63,715 nt of DNA from an uncultured virus (IMG/VR IMGVR_UViG_3300037089_000135). Taxonomy: Duplodnaviria > Heunggongvirae > Uroviricota > Caudoviricetes. Both the position numbers and the translations under genes were made by a program. The notes under the pieces are model-generated. The model saw only the letters and a program-made list of their open reading frames with translations, had not been told where the DNA came from and made no database searches. The stretch lies in the IMG/VR virus record IMGVR_UViG_3300037089_000135. One strand, 5' to 3'. Below are positions 30,386 through 40,725 of the stretch, piece after piece (position 1 is the first letter of the stretch; each line of letters opens with the position of its first letter).

Positions 30386-31825
30386 CTAAGGATATGTTAT
30401 ATTTACAGTTACCGTACCGGGTTCTATTCTTTGATCAGCTTCCATAGTAATAATACCACCGTTTTGGTTGATGCTTGTGCTATTGCCGTATATCGTACAT
30501 GATTGAATTGAATCAATACCAACAAAGAACCTAGATGTTATGAAATCGGAAAATATGTTTTTATTTAAGTCACTATATTCTATAGCTTCTCCTATTCTGT
30601 AACTATTTAGGAATGTATATATTGATGCTTCAATATTAGGTTTTAGATTCATTTCAGGAGTTTCATCTGCAATTATATTTATTACACCAGATATATATGA
30701 TTTTCTTGGTAGAGTATATAAATATGGATATATTCCCATTCCAATGAGGAAATCAAATGATCCACTACCAATATAGATTATATCAGTGATTTCAATAGCC
30801 CTATCAGTTGCAGGGGATAATGTTACTTTATATCCAGTTCCTCTTTGTGTTCCGCGAGGAATTTCAACGTTTGTTGTTTGTGCAAGGCCATTTGTATTTA
30901 TATAATGAATAACCATGTTAGTATCGGTGCTTACATGATTGCGGGGCCTGACCCATATATTTCCTCCTTTGGAAATGTCTATAGAACTTGATACAGATCC
31001 AGATACAATCGTTGCTGCCAATACGCCGCTACAAATAATACCGGCTGCTATATTTTCTTGTAGACAGTTCATAATTTCAATGGAATTATTTTCAATACCA
31101 CCACTATAATCTACAATTACTTCTATATCTCCGGGATTTGCAGTATACACATGACATTCTGCTACATCTTGTAAAGCTTGAACATGCTTTTCAATTAACT
31201 GTGTGGTAGAAGTTCCAGTGGTTGACCATGCATAAATATACCTATTTCTTAGATCTGTATCACTCTCTGCATTAGTTCCTCCAGAGAATTCATAATTATT
31301 AATTACAGATGTAACTTGATCTATATTGTATTCAATAGAAGAAATAGCTCCGCCCGGTACATTGCTGGATAGTCCAGGATTTACAGATTGTGCTCCTACT
31401 GTAGTACTGTATTGATTAATAGCAATAGTTCCGGTTTCAGTAGTTTCGAACTCTACGATAGCTCCATTTTGTCCTATAGCATCTATTTTTGTGGCTATAG
31501 GGATTGTTATAACAGATATTGCCGGAAACTCTGTAGAAAATGTTACTGATCCTATTGCTTTATCTCCTGGCAATCGGCCTTCAGGCAAACGATCTCTAAC
31601 TCGCTCATCTAATTTATCTCCGGATGCTTTGAATATTGAAAGATCGTTGGATTTTTGCTCGATTCTTTTATATACTAAAACGTCCTGAATAGCAACCGAT
31701 TCATTAAGAACGCTTAACATAGAAAGGGGAGAAAAGTTTTTTATTAGTGGATGCTTATTTATGATGAAAGTTTTCATAGAATACATTATTTCTTCTTCTG
31801 TTGGAATGTCAATTATTTCTGCCAT
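30386..31825 (-). CDS. baseplate J/gp47-like wedge protein
   Basis: ASGDKLD, A.GSVTF, PG.SSNV, GGTNAESDTDLRNR. Confidence 0.88.
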   Translation of the reverse strand: MAEIIDIPTEEEIMYSMKTFIINKHPLIKNFSPLSMLSVLNESVAIQDVLVYKRIEQKSNDLSIFKASGDKLDERVRDRLPEGRLPGDKAIGSVTFSTEFPAISVITIPIATKIDAIGQNGAIVEFETTETGTIAINQYSTTVGAQSVNPGLSSNVPGGAISSIEYNIDQVTSVINNYEFSGGTNAESDTDLRNRYIYAWSTTGTSTTQLIEKHVQALQDVAECHVYTANPGDIEVIVDYSGGIENNSIEIMNCLQENIAAGIICSGVLAATIVSGSVSSSIDISKGGNIWVRPRNHVSTDTNMVIHYINTNGLAQTTNVEIPRGTQRGTGYKVTLSPATDRAIEITDIIYIGSGSFDFLIGMGIYPYLYTLPRKSYISGVINIIADETPEMNLKPNIEASIYTFLNSYRIGEAIEYSDLNKNIFSDFITSRFFVGIDSIQSCTIYGNSTSINQNGGIITMEADQRIEPGTVTVNITYP

Positions 31826-31840
31826 TTTATGTTCACCGTC

Positions 31841-32293
31841 CTAAAATACTGCATGAAGGATATTATCAAGAGTACTTGATATGTTCATTAAGCTCTTTGC
31901 ATTAAATAAGAAATTGATATTATCGACTGCTAATAATGTGTATATGTTTACTTTATAAGCATCTTCTTCAGACAGTTCACAAGTTACCGATTTTCCTTTC
32001 ATTTCGGGGAAATATGCTTGCAAATCTGCATAAATATCTTGAGACATTTTACGCATTTCAGTACTTACATTCTTTTCATGTAGGTAATCGTATTCCGCAC
32101 ATCCCAACAGTGGATTTAATCTTTCTCCTTTTGGAGTTGCTCGATACATTACAAATCGTTGCCTTAGTTCAAGATCTCCAGTGCAAATTGCGAGATCACC
32201 ATCTGGAGTAAGAAGTATATCCAGTGCGCTATGACAGTTGGCTCTGCCATAACTTAAATCCATGTTTGTTAAAATATCCCACATCGGCTGCAT
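31841..32293 (-). CDS. gp25/GPW-like baseplate protein
   Basis: DGDL..., TPKGER..P..G; position next to baseplate J. Confidence 0.7.
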   Translation of the reverse strand: MQPMWDILTNMDLSYGRANCHSALDILLTPDGDLAICTGDLELRQRFVMYRATPKGERLNPLLGCAEYDYLHEKNVSTEMRKMSQDIYADLQAYFPEMKGKSVTCELSEEDAYKVNIYTLLAVDNINFLFNAKSLMNISSTLDNILHAVF

Positions 32294-34152
32294 TATTTCA
32301 CCTCTAACTTTTCTAATCTTTCGCGGAGATCGTTAATTTTTTTATCTCTTTTCTCAAGTTCTTCCATGAGTTCTTGTACGGCAGTTGTTAAAATACTAAC
32401 CATGTTTCCAACGTTTCGTTCTTTATTACCGCCAACCTGAGATACTACTGCAAACTCTGGTAATGTTTCGTGATCTATCATTCCATCTTCTGTAGGGGAT
32501 ATTTTACTAATTGCTTTTAGAGCTTCGCCTGTAAAGGCTTCGGTTCTATCGGTAAAACTTTGAGCAGAGCAGTTACCTACAACGTAAAGATTATCGTCTC
32601 CTGGGTCCGTATTTCCGCCGATATTGCATCCTCCATTAACACATAATTTGGCTAGAGGAGTTGTAACGTTTCCAACGCATACGCATCCACTTGGTTGAAT
32701 TGTTACTTTTCCAGGTGTTACGCTGGAGTTAGATTCTAAAGTTAAATTTTCACCGGATACAGTGCCGCCACATATGGTTTGCCCTCCAGCTTTACCATTT
32801 GTAAGTACAAATGCTGATGAATTGCCTATATTTTCTTCCAGGTTTTCAACTCTTTCTGTAAGATCTACACAACTTAAATCTTCTCCATGCGTGATACTTC
32901 CGGTTATTACTACGTCACCATCTAAGTTTATGGTTGTAGCTTTAACATTACAATTTCCATCTGTGGGAAACTCTATATATGTGTCTTCTAATATATTCCA
33001 TAGATGACATGCACCATTGGAATTTAACATACACTCGGATGATCCATTTTCCGTTCCAGCATTCGCCACGCTACGGATTGATCCATCTCTATATATTCTA
33101 GTTCCTGCATGTTTAGGTAGATAAATATTTTCTTGTGCTATCGTTCCGAAGCTATCGGAATAAATCATATCCGCCCCGGTTACGAGCATCCTGGCACCAA
33201 GAACCTCATGCTCGATACTTACTTCCTCAAATGCCGAGTGGATATCAACCGTTCCAGTAGGATTGAAATTTATGTGCGCTTTCTGTCCATACGTCTCATT
33301 AACGGCATTTCCTATTCGGATGTGACCAATACCTTCAGAATACTCTAAAGATGGCTTATTCGCGGGATTATGGTCATCTGACTCGAACCTGAGATATGAT
33401 CCGCACCTAGTATGAACTTCGTACCGGCTATTGTATGCTTCCTCGGACTCAGTTTCTTTGCTGTAATTTTTAACCCACTGCTCACCGGATCGTAGAACGC
33501 TATCAATCGTATTGCATGATGGACATCCTCCGCAATCTGCTTTTTCATCCGGACAAATATTGCCTTTTTGACAATCATATACGAGCTGGCTATCTCGTCC
33601 TTTTCCGGGTACTCCAGTAACCGGCCCATGAAAAATTTTTATGCATGTAGCATCTTGTCCTGGAGGGTGATCATGAAAGTCACCCGTAGTTTGATTTTGT
33701 ATTGGTTTGAGCCATTGGCACCACTTCCAAACTAAATCGTACATTGCGTCTTTCGCATTTGGTCCTCTCATTACTGGTTGCTGACTATCGGTTACTACTG
33801 GTCCAAGGATGATAGGTTTTCTGTGACCTAACCAAACAACTAATACGGTATCTCCTACTCGGGGAGTATAAGGATGACCAAATCTATTTCCTGTAAAATT
33901 TTGAAGTATCGTGCAATCTTTTATTTGATTTTTTCTCCAATCACCGGGTTTCATCGATCTCGGTTTGATTGACAATGTATTTTGAAATTCTGGATGATCA
34001 GGGGAATGATTTTGTACTCCTGGATTACCGTCGCTGTCAGTTAATAAAACAGTGCATTCTTCAATTCTGAAGTGTTGTCCTAGAATTCTTTCGACTTGCT
34101 CTGTTAGATTTGTTTGTAATCCTCTCATGGAATATCCCCATAGTATCTGCAT
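32293..34152 (-). CDS. baseplate spike (gpV/gp5-like) with C-terminal chaperone-like coiled coil
   Basis: P.VGDTVLV..PIILG OB-fold motif, INLDGDVVITG beta-helix end, ALKAISKI...LTTAVQEL..LEKLE tail. Confidence 0.7.
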   Translation of the reverse strand: MQILWGYSMRGLQTNLTEQVERILGQHFRIEECTVLLTDSDGNPGVQNHSPDHPEFQNTLSIKPRSMKPGDWRKNQIKDCTILQNFTGNRFGHPYTPRVGDTVLVVWLGHRKPIILGPVVTDSQQPVMRGPNAKDAMYDLVWKWCQWLKPIQNQTTGDFHDHPPGQDATCIKIFHGPVTGVPGKGRDSQLVYDCQKGNICPDEKADCGGCPSCNTIDSVLRSGEQWVKNYSKETESEEAYNSRYEVHTRCGSYLRFESDDHNPANKPSLEYSEGIGHIRIGNAVNETYGQKAHINFNPTGTVDIHSAFEEVSIEHEVLGARMLVTGADMIYSDSFGTIAQENIYLPKHAGTRIYRDGSIRSVANAGTENGSSECMLNSNGACHLWNILEDTYIEFPTDGNCNVKATTINLDGDVVITGSITHGEDLSCVDLTERVENLEENIGNSSAFVLTNGKAGGQTICGGTVSGENLTLESNSSVTPGKVTIQPSGCVCVGNVTTPLAKLCVNGGCNIGGNTDPGDDNLYVVGNCSAQSFTDRTEAFTGEALKAISKISPTEDGMIDHETLPEFAVVSQVGGNKERNVGNMVSILTTAVQELMEELEKRDKKINDLRERLEKLEVK

Positions 34153-34338
34153 CTATACGCATTATTTTTTACGAACTCATCTGATAGTTTAACCCAATTT
34201 ACGTTTTGCCCATTTCTAGGTATATGTTGTGCCATCCAGAAACTTCCATTTCTAAAAATGATATTTTCGTTTGATACTATAGACATTGCATCTACAAATT
34301 GATCAAATGTTATACCTTTATCATTTATATCTTTCTGC

Positions 34339-36096
34339 TTAGTTTTCATGAATAGCCCTCAAATTAGGGTTTGGTTCGTCCCACCACAATTGCTTATTTT
34401 TCATTAAATTAGTTTTATACGGTTCTGGAATCATTTGATATTCTATTTTAGTTGCAGTATTAAAGTTTTTATCTTCTGAGAAATAATAATTATTATTTCC
34501 ATCAACATAAAATTCTCCATTTACTCCATCAACATTTCCAGGCGCTCCAGCGGTTTCATAGCTTTTTGGTTGTTCGGTAGGTGCGTTTGTTGAATCCGTT
34601 CCTTCATCGGGAGCTTTGGCTACTCGCCACCCCGTAAGGTGACAAACTAATCCGGAGCTATCATATGTTATATCTTTATGCAAAACTTTCATTACTATAG
34701 GTATTGAGTTGTCGCCTGTAGCAAGATCTACTTCTAGATTAACTGTAGATCCCATTATATCTGGTACTTTATATTTACAGAAACTTAATAATGGAGGTAC
34801 AATAGTTACCACAGTGCATTTAATTTCTGCATCATGATACATATCATAATCTAATAGTGCTTGTATAGCTATTTGTTTAGCTACCCCCCGAGTTGTAGCC
34901 GTTGGTACAATTATAGTTGGAGCCTCGATTATGCCGTACAAATCTTGCGTTGCTTTAACATCATTTAAAGTATTATCCCCTTCATCTATTTCATCTGGCA
35001 TAACGATTCTAGTTTTTAAAACATCGCTATCGTGCGTACCCTTATCTGGTTTTCCTGGGACACCTGTTATTGGAGCACTTCCAACGGGAATTACTGTTAC
35101 TTTATTTGCAAATCTAAGGATAGAAGATGTATCTCCGGGGTCAGTTACATATGGATCTAATACGTAATATCCATTATGATAAGATGATGAATATAGTATT
35201 AATCTAAATACATTATCTCCAGTAGCGCCTTTATCAACTTCGCTATATATTGCAGTTCTATGATCTTTACATAGATTTGCAATAGAGTCCATGAACGAAT
35301 AGGATGCTGAATAATAGTCATCTTGATGAATTTCTTCTTTATCAGTGCTTCCATGATCTATTACAACTATTTCGTATGGTAAATCTTCTGATGCATCTTT
35401 AACTACATCTGAAAGTTTCTTAACTAGCGTATCTGTAGAGTCCCATGCATAATCATGTTTCATTGCAGGTTGTAATGCACCTACAACGCATTCGCATTCG
35501 ATAGTTGCTATTTCATGATTGTAATTTGATTTTGATATAACTCCAAAGAAAATTGGATATTTTTCGTATGGTAATTGAGTTTTAGTTGGAACGCCATGCA
35601 GTCCAATATCACTTTGTTCTTGTGCGCTTGGTGTTAGCGATATATCTTGTGACATACTTATATCATATCTAGCTACATATGCAATTGCACTTACAGTTGT
35701 GGTTCTTGCTGCCCATTTGTGTGCATCATCACCGGCTGTGGGATTGTCTGGAGTATTTTTAACACTATCTGCATATTCTTGTCCTGTAGCTTCCGTAGGA
35801 AATTGTCCAGTCGCTATTTTTGTACCATAATAATTTCCGCCATTATGCAATACTATAGTACATTTTGATGGTTCTGCTCCCTGCTCTTGAGCACTATGTA
35901 AACTTCCAGTAATAGAAATTACATCAGCGGAAACGTCTGCTCCTCCGATAACTACATAACATGATATTCCATCTGGTATAGAATCTTCTTGTATTTTTGT
36001 TCCATTATGTAGTGTTATTTCTGTCACGTTCTCACTTCCTGCAATTTTAAATCCCAATAACAAACATTGTCGTCCCATCCGGCATTCTGCGTACAT
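34339..36096 (-). CDS. baseplate hub-like protein (true start probably GTG at 36027)
   Basis: IFFGVI, ANKVTV, YGII pattern; synteny after tape measure. Confidence 0.6.
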   Translation of the reverse strand: MYAECRMGRQCLLLGFKIAGSENVTEITLHNGTKIQEDSIPDGISCYVVIGGADVSADVISITGSLHSAQEQGAEPSKCTIVLHNGGNYYGTKIATGQFPTEATGQEYADSVKNTPDNPTAGDDAHKWAARTTTVSAIAYVARYDISMSQDISLTPSAQEQSDIGLHGVPTKTQLPYEKYPIFFGVISKSNYNHEIATIECECVVGALQPAMKHDYAWDSTDTLVKKLSDVVKDASEDLPYEIVVIDHGSTDKEEIHQDDYYSASYSFMDSIANLCKDHRTAIYSEVDKGATGDNVFRLILYSSSYHNGYYVLDPYVTDPGDTSSILRFANKVTVIPVGSAPITGVPGKPDKGTHDSDVLKTRIVMPDEIDEGDNTLNDVKATQDLYGIIEAPTIIVPTATTRGVAKQIAIQALLDYDMYHDAEIKCTVVTIVPPLLSFCKYKVPDIMGSTVNLEVDLATGDNSIPIVMKVLHKDITYDSSGLVCHLTGWRVAKAPDEGTDSTNAPTEQPKSYETAGAPGNVDGVNGEFYVDGNNNYYFSEDKNFNTATKIEYQMIPEPYKTNLMKNKQLWWDEPNPNLRAIHEN

Positions 36097-36410
36097 GTAC
36101 CACTTATTATTTCCATATACATGGATCTTGGATATGTTCTAACCGGGAATGGTCCAATTTGATCTATTAATCTAAACATTTCATCGTTTACCAGTGGATC
36201 TAAAACATAAAATTGGAGGCTTAGACCCCAAAGAGTTAAGGTAGATGTCCGGCATGTACGATCAGCCGGACTTGGTATTTCGTGTATCTGTACTCGATTG
36301 GTCTTCGACCATACGAGGGTTTGGGGGTTAAAAGCGCCTGTATGCTCAGGGTCGCTTGGTAACGTGGGTTTATCTAAAATTACTGATCCGATTACAACTG
36401 CAAATGACAT
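36024..36410 (-). CDS. tail tube initiator/distal tail-like protein
   Basis: Synteny; C-terminal WDLKLQEV. Confidence 0.5.
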   Translation of the reverse strand: MSFAVVIGSVILDKPTLPSDPEHTGAFNPQTLVWSKTNRVQIHEIPSPADRTCRTSTLTLWGLSLQFYVLDPLVNDEMFRLIDQIGPFPVRTYPRSMYMEIISGTCTQNAGWDDNVCYWDLKLQEVRT

Positions 36411-36424
36411 TAAATCTACCTCTT

Positions 36425-39220
36425 TTAAAATCCTATTGCTGATCTTGGGCTTTCGTTAACCCATCCCTTAATTTCTCTCTTAAGTTTTACAAGTACGGGA
36501 TCGTTCATTGATAGCGGAACTGTAGAACCTCTGTTATCAATATAGAAATTTGCATTATATGTATTTCCGGATTTAGATCCTCCACCTTGAGCAATATTTG
36601 CTAATGTCTCTTGTAGTTGTGAGGATTGTGCAATTTTTGCGGAAATGATAGGTTCTTTTTCATGCCCATAAACTAATCCTTCCTTAAGTATTTCTGCCCC
36701 GGATTTTGCTTTAGGAACATTATACGCGCCGGTTAATTTTTTCCCATTTAATTGTATAGCATTTTGGTTATCAATTAATGAGGATGTAGAGTCACCCATA
36801 GGATTGACTATAGTTTGCCCAAAGGGGGTAGCATGTATCATCGCAGGTCCACCGGACCCGGTTTTTACGATTCCTCCATTTTGGGTTTGCCCTGGTTGAT
36901 TGGGAACTGTTATGTCAGCATTTGCTAAATACGCAGCCGACACGCTTGCGATTCCGGATGTATGTGTAATCGCACCGTTCGAATTGGGTGTCGCATTTGA
37001 TGTACTTATTAACGATTTATTATTTGCAGGGTCAGTAAATCCGGGTGCTCCTCTTGCAATTCCATTTTTATCTATATCACCATTAGCAATTCCAGTTTTA
37101 ACACCATTTTGTTGATTTGGATCTTTATAACTATCTATTAATGCTTGCTGTGCTGCGGTATATTGAGATCCGCCTACTCCTAATCCTGGAGCTGTGTCAT
37201 ATCCAGATGGGAGTAAACCTAATGCTGCTCCTGTTCCTGGTATACCAGAATGTCCTAACGATTGTAAAAAGTCTCCAATTAAAGTTCGATCTTTTGCATC
37301 TTTTGGCATTCCGCCTGTAAAGTATTTCCAGACATTATATATTGAAGTTTTTATACTTCCGAATACATCCCATGCTTTCTGTAACCAGTCTTTGATCCAC
37401 AATGTAGTTCTATTATTACTGTCTACAGATTCAGCAATAGTATCTGATGTAGATAGTTGTTTCTTATCCATTGGAGATGCATCTGCAAGAGTTTTAGTTT
37501 TATCTTTATCTTCAGTTTCTTCACCACCGGCAGGAAGAACATTATCGATCCAACTTGTGAACCCATCTGTAGCTTTAGCTAAGCCTTCTGTAGTTGTAAG
37601 ATCTATAGCATCTTTTTGTGTGCCATCTTTATTTTGTGCGTCAGATCCTCCTCCAACCCATCCAAATAAATCACTAATAGGCTTAGATAAACCTAATAAA
37701 TTTGTAATATAATCATATGCCATTTTTATGCTTCTTGTAAATATTGTAGATGGAAGCACTAATGCGATGTATATTACTTTTCCGATAGTTGTGAATAGTG
37801 AAATCATACCAGTTAAAAAGTCTACAACTGCTCCTAAAATTGGGAGAGCAATCGTTCCAAAATTTGTCATAGAAATACTTATCTGATTCCACAATTTAGC
37901 TGTTTTAACATTAAACTCACCTTGCGTAGATTCAAACTTCTTTCGGACTTCATCGCCACTTGCATATGCGCTTTTTACGTTTGCAGCTTGTTTTTGAGTT
38001 TGGGTTTGATTATTTGCTAAAGTGACCCAAGCGTTAGCTGCATTGTCATCTTTCGCACCAAAATTTTTAGCTAAGGCAATTTGTCTTTCTTTAGGCGTGT
38101 TTTTAATTGCATCCAATTTTTCTTGTATTACGTCTGTTACATTACGTGTTGGATTTATTGCGCTAAGATTTTGTATCAATGATGTTAATCCAGACGCTCC
38201 TCCTCCTTCAGATCCTGTTGATCCGCCTTGCTGTAGTAAGGTATCCATTAACGGTGCAATATCGGTTAACTCGTATTTTACACCTTGTGTTCGTTGCTTT
38301 AGTCTTTCTAAATTATGTTCTAATAATGATGTATCTACAGTAGAAAACTTTTGCATTCCTACTAACATTGATTCTACATTGCCAATATTTTCTTTCGGAA
38401 TAGCGAAAGCTCGCATCATGTTTCCAATGCTTGTGGCGGCACTGGACGCATTTTCTCCGGTTAACTGTGCATATTTTGATAATCCGTCCGCGTATTTCGT
38501 AGCCTCATCTGTTGCGTATCCTTGTTGTAATAATGATTTTGTTGCTCCTGCGACTGCATCTTTGTTAACACCTGATGCAGCGGATACTTCTAAAATTTTA
38601 TCGGATAGATCACCGAGTTTTGTACCAGCATCGCCTATAATATAGCCGATATCCGTCATTTTTTCTTGCCATGCAGCGGCAACCGGAATTGATGCAACCA
38701 TAGCGGCGGTGAGTGCAAGAACGCCTGCAACTGCCCCGGTCATTACACTAACACCGAGAGCCTCTGCCATCCCACCTAGACTTCCTAATTTAGATCCTGC
38801 AGCTATTGCGTCTTCTCCTAATGCAGCGGCATCATTACCAAATGCGCCTGTAGCTTTTGCTGCATCTTCCATACTCATTTTGACATCTTTGCCAAATGAG
38901 AATATTCCAGATTTCCCTCCGGATGCAGGTGTATTTATTTTTTCTATTCCTTTAAATATAGAGTTTAGTGGGCCTTGTGCTTGTTTTATTTTGGTGGTAT
39001 CAAAAATTTGACGACCTGCCATCTTGTTAATTTTATCCAGAGAACCTAGAACTCCATCCATAGATTTGGATAGATCTTTAGACAGTCCTCCGGATGATCC
39101 TACTTCCAGTTTAACTTTCTTTGGTATCTCGGAAGTTTTCTTGATGATTTTATCAAGTGGATCGTTAGCGTGATCTACCACTTCTACTAGCATTTGTGCA
39201 ACACGCGCATAGTCAACCAT
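36425..39220 (-). CDS. tape measure protein
   Basis: 931 aa, Ala/Gly-rich helical, TP901-like core, hydrophobic segments, follows tail chaperones. Confidence 0.9.
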   Translation of the reverse strand: MVDYARVAQMLVEVVDHANDPLDKIIKKTSEIPKKVKLEVGSSGGLSKDLSKSMDGVLGSLDKINKMAGRQIFDTTKIKQAQGPLNSIFKGIEKINTPASGGKSGIFSFGKDVKMSMEDAAKATGAFGNDAAALGEDAIAAGSKLGSLGGMAEALGVSVMTGAVAGVLALTAAMVASIPVAAAWQEKMTDIGYIIGDAGTKLGDLSDKILEVSAASGVNKDAVAGATKSLLQQGYATDEATKYADGLSKYAQLTGENASSAATSIGNMMRAFAIPKENIGNVESMLVGMQKFSTVDTSLLEHNLERLKQRTQGVKYELTDIAPLMDTLLQQGGSTGSEGGGASGLTSLIQNLSAINPTRNVTDVIQEKLDAIKNTPKERQIALAKNFGAKDDNAANAWVTLANNQTQTQKQAANVKSAYASGDEVRKKFESTQGEFNVKTAKLWNQISISMTNFGTIALPILGAVVDFLTGMISLFTTIGKVIYIALVLPSTIFTRSIKMAYDYITNLLGLSKPISDLFGWVGGGSDAQNKDGTQKDAIDLTTTEGLAKATDGFTSWIDNVLPAGGEETEDKDKTKTLADASPMDKKQLSTSDTIAESVDSNNRTTLWIKDWLQKAWDVFGSIKTSIYNVWKYFTGGMPKDAKDRTLIGDFLQSLGHSGIPGTGAALGLLPSGYDTAPGLGVGGSQYTAAQQALIDSYKDPNQQNGVKTGIANGDIDKNGIARGAPGFTDPANNKSLISTSNATPNSNGAITHTSGIASVSAAYLANADITVPNQPGQTQNGGIVKTGSGGPAMIHATPFGQTIVNPMGDSTSSLIDNQNAIQLNGKKLTGAYNVPKAKSGAEILKEGLVYGHEKEPIISAKIAQSSQLQETLANIAQGGGSKSGNTYNANFYIDNRGSTVPLSMNDPVLVKLKREIKGWVNESPRSAIGF

Positions 39221-39254
39221 GTAATTACCTCATAAAAATTTAAAAAATTAAGAG

Positions 39255-40030
39255 TTATGCAAAGATTCCTGCATCTCTTAATCGCTTTTCTTCATTTTGT
39301 TGTGCAACTGCTTCTTCGTTAAGTTTTTTACGTGCTGCTACTCTGTCAAGCCACTCTTGTCTAACGTCTTCCGTTACCGGCTCTGTGAAGAAATTTTCTC
39401 CATTTGCACGTTTAACGTAATCGTCGTGAGATATAGAAGTTACGCCATTGGAAGCGTTTTCATATGCTTTTCTTTTCTCTACGTTTATTATATCTTGCAA
39501 AACTCCTATAGCTTGAACTTGAACTCTTGTCAAATTTTCTATTCTGCCACTTGCAAATTGATACCCTAAATAAAAAAGAAGAACTATGTCACTTCCTTCG
39601 GCTTTAGGGCCTTGAAAAAATCCGCTAATTCTTTGGATTCGCTACTAGAAATTTCTATGATTGCAGTGCCAATTTCACGAACGGACCCGCCAATCATTAG
39701 GTCAACTCCGGTATATATGTGTGTATCTTCAGGATCAGGTTTACCATCAGGAAGCTTTTTTCTCATCTCATCTTGCATTTTTCCAGGTAGCGGCGCAATA
39801 ACTTCTTTATCAACTATTCCATACTGACATGCCCAATATAGCATAGTATAATTTGCAAATAGTGACGTTTTTACATTTTCTAAATTCTGCCCGCTATTTT
39901 CAAGTTCTCTAACAATTTGAGTTACTTCTGTTTCTAACAAAGGTCTTATTTCTACATCTTCATCGTATGCAGAAACTCGTACTTTCTTTCTATACCTGTA
40001 TCCTTTCATCAATATTTCACGTTTAATCAT
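39255..40030 (-). CDS. tail assembly chaperones G (39584..40030) and GT via -1 frameshift
   Basis: Slippery T-TTT-TTC at 39620-39614; the -1 frame is open into 39255..39533. Confidence 0.8.
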
Positions 40031-40117
40031 ATTTAAAACACTCCTTTATATACGAAATTATAATAATTTAAAAAAATAAAAATTTTAATATGGGAATATT
40101 TAAGTACCCATATTTAT

Positions 40118-40702
40118 TTAACTAGGTAAGAATGCTGCGGCCCCGCCTATGTCTACTACATTGGATGCTCCTGTGTCCTGCATGGAGTCTCCATATTCTC
40201 GCCTGAAGCAAGTGAACGAATATTTCTTTGTAATGAGTCCGCCAACTTCCGGTATATCGATACCATCTCCCTTTAAGATGCATCTCATGTACTTTTCGAT
40301 AACACCGGATGGGATATTACCATTGCTAAGTTTTGGATTCAACTGGCCGGATCTGGCTCCAGTTCTTCCTTTGGAATGAATTTCTATAGAGAATTCTTTC
40401 CCGAGACCTTCTTGAGATTTAACGGTTAGATGCTCTGATAGTAAGTAATTCCAAGATGCTGGATTTTCACTATCTGAAACCCACCAAGTACCGACAACGA
40501 AATCGCCTTCGAAATCAATCTTACCTTGCAACTGTCCATATTTTTCATGACTTCCGATACCATACAAACTTTCTACATCAATTGATCTGTTAATACTGAA
40601 TGTTTTTAATGGAATTTCAAGTCCGTAAGGTGCGCTATTAGTCATTATAGCAACTACGATATCACCTGGAGAGCTGTTAATAATTTGTTCAACGTCTGCC
40701 AT
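40118..40702 (-). CDS. tail tube protein
   Basis: LYGIGS....GKIDFEG; directly after sheath. Confidence 0.75.
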   Translation of the reverse strand: MADVEQIINSSPGDIVVAIMTNSAPYGLEIPLKTFSINRSIDVESLYGIGSHEKYGQLQGKIDFEGDFVVGTWWVSDSENPASWNYLLSEHLTVKSQEGLGKEFSIEIHSKGRTGARSGQLNPKLSNGNIPSGVIEKYMRCILKGDGIDIPEVGGLITKKYSFTCFRREYGDSMQDTGASNVVDIGGAAAFLPS

Positions 40703-40725
40703 TTTATATCACCTTTAAAAATAAT

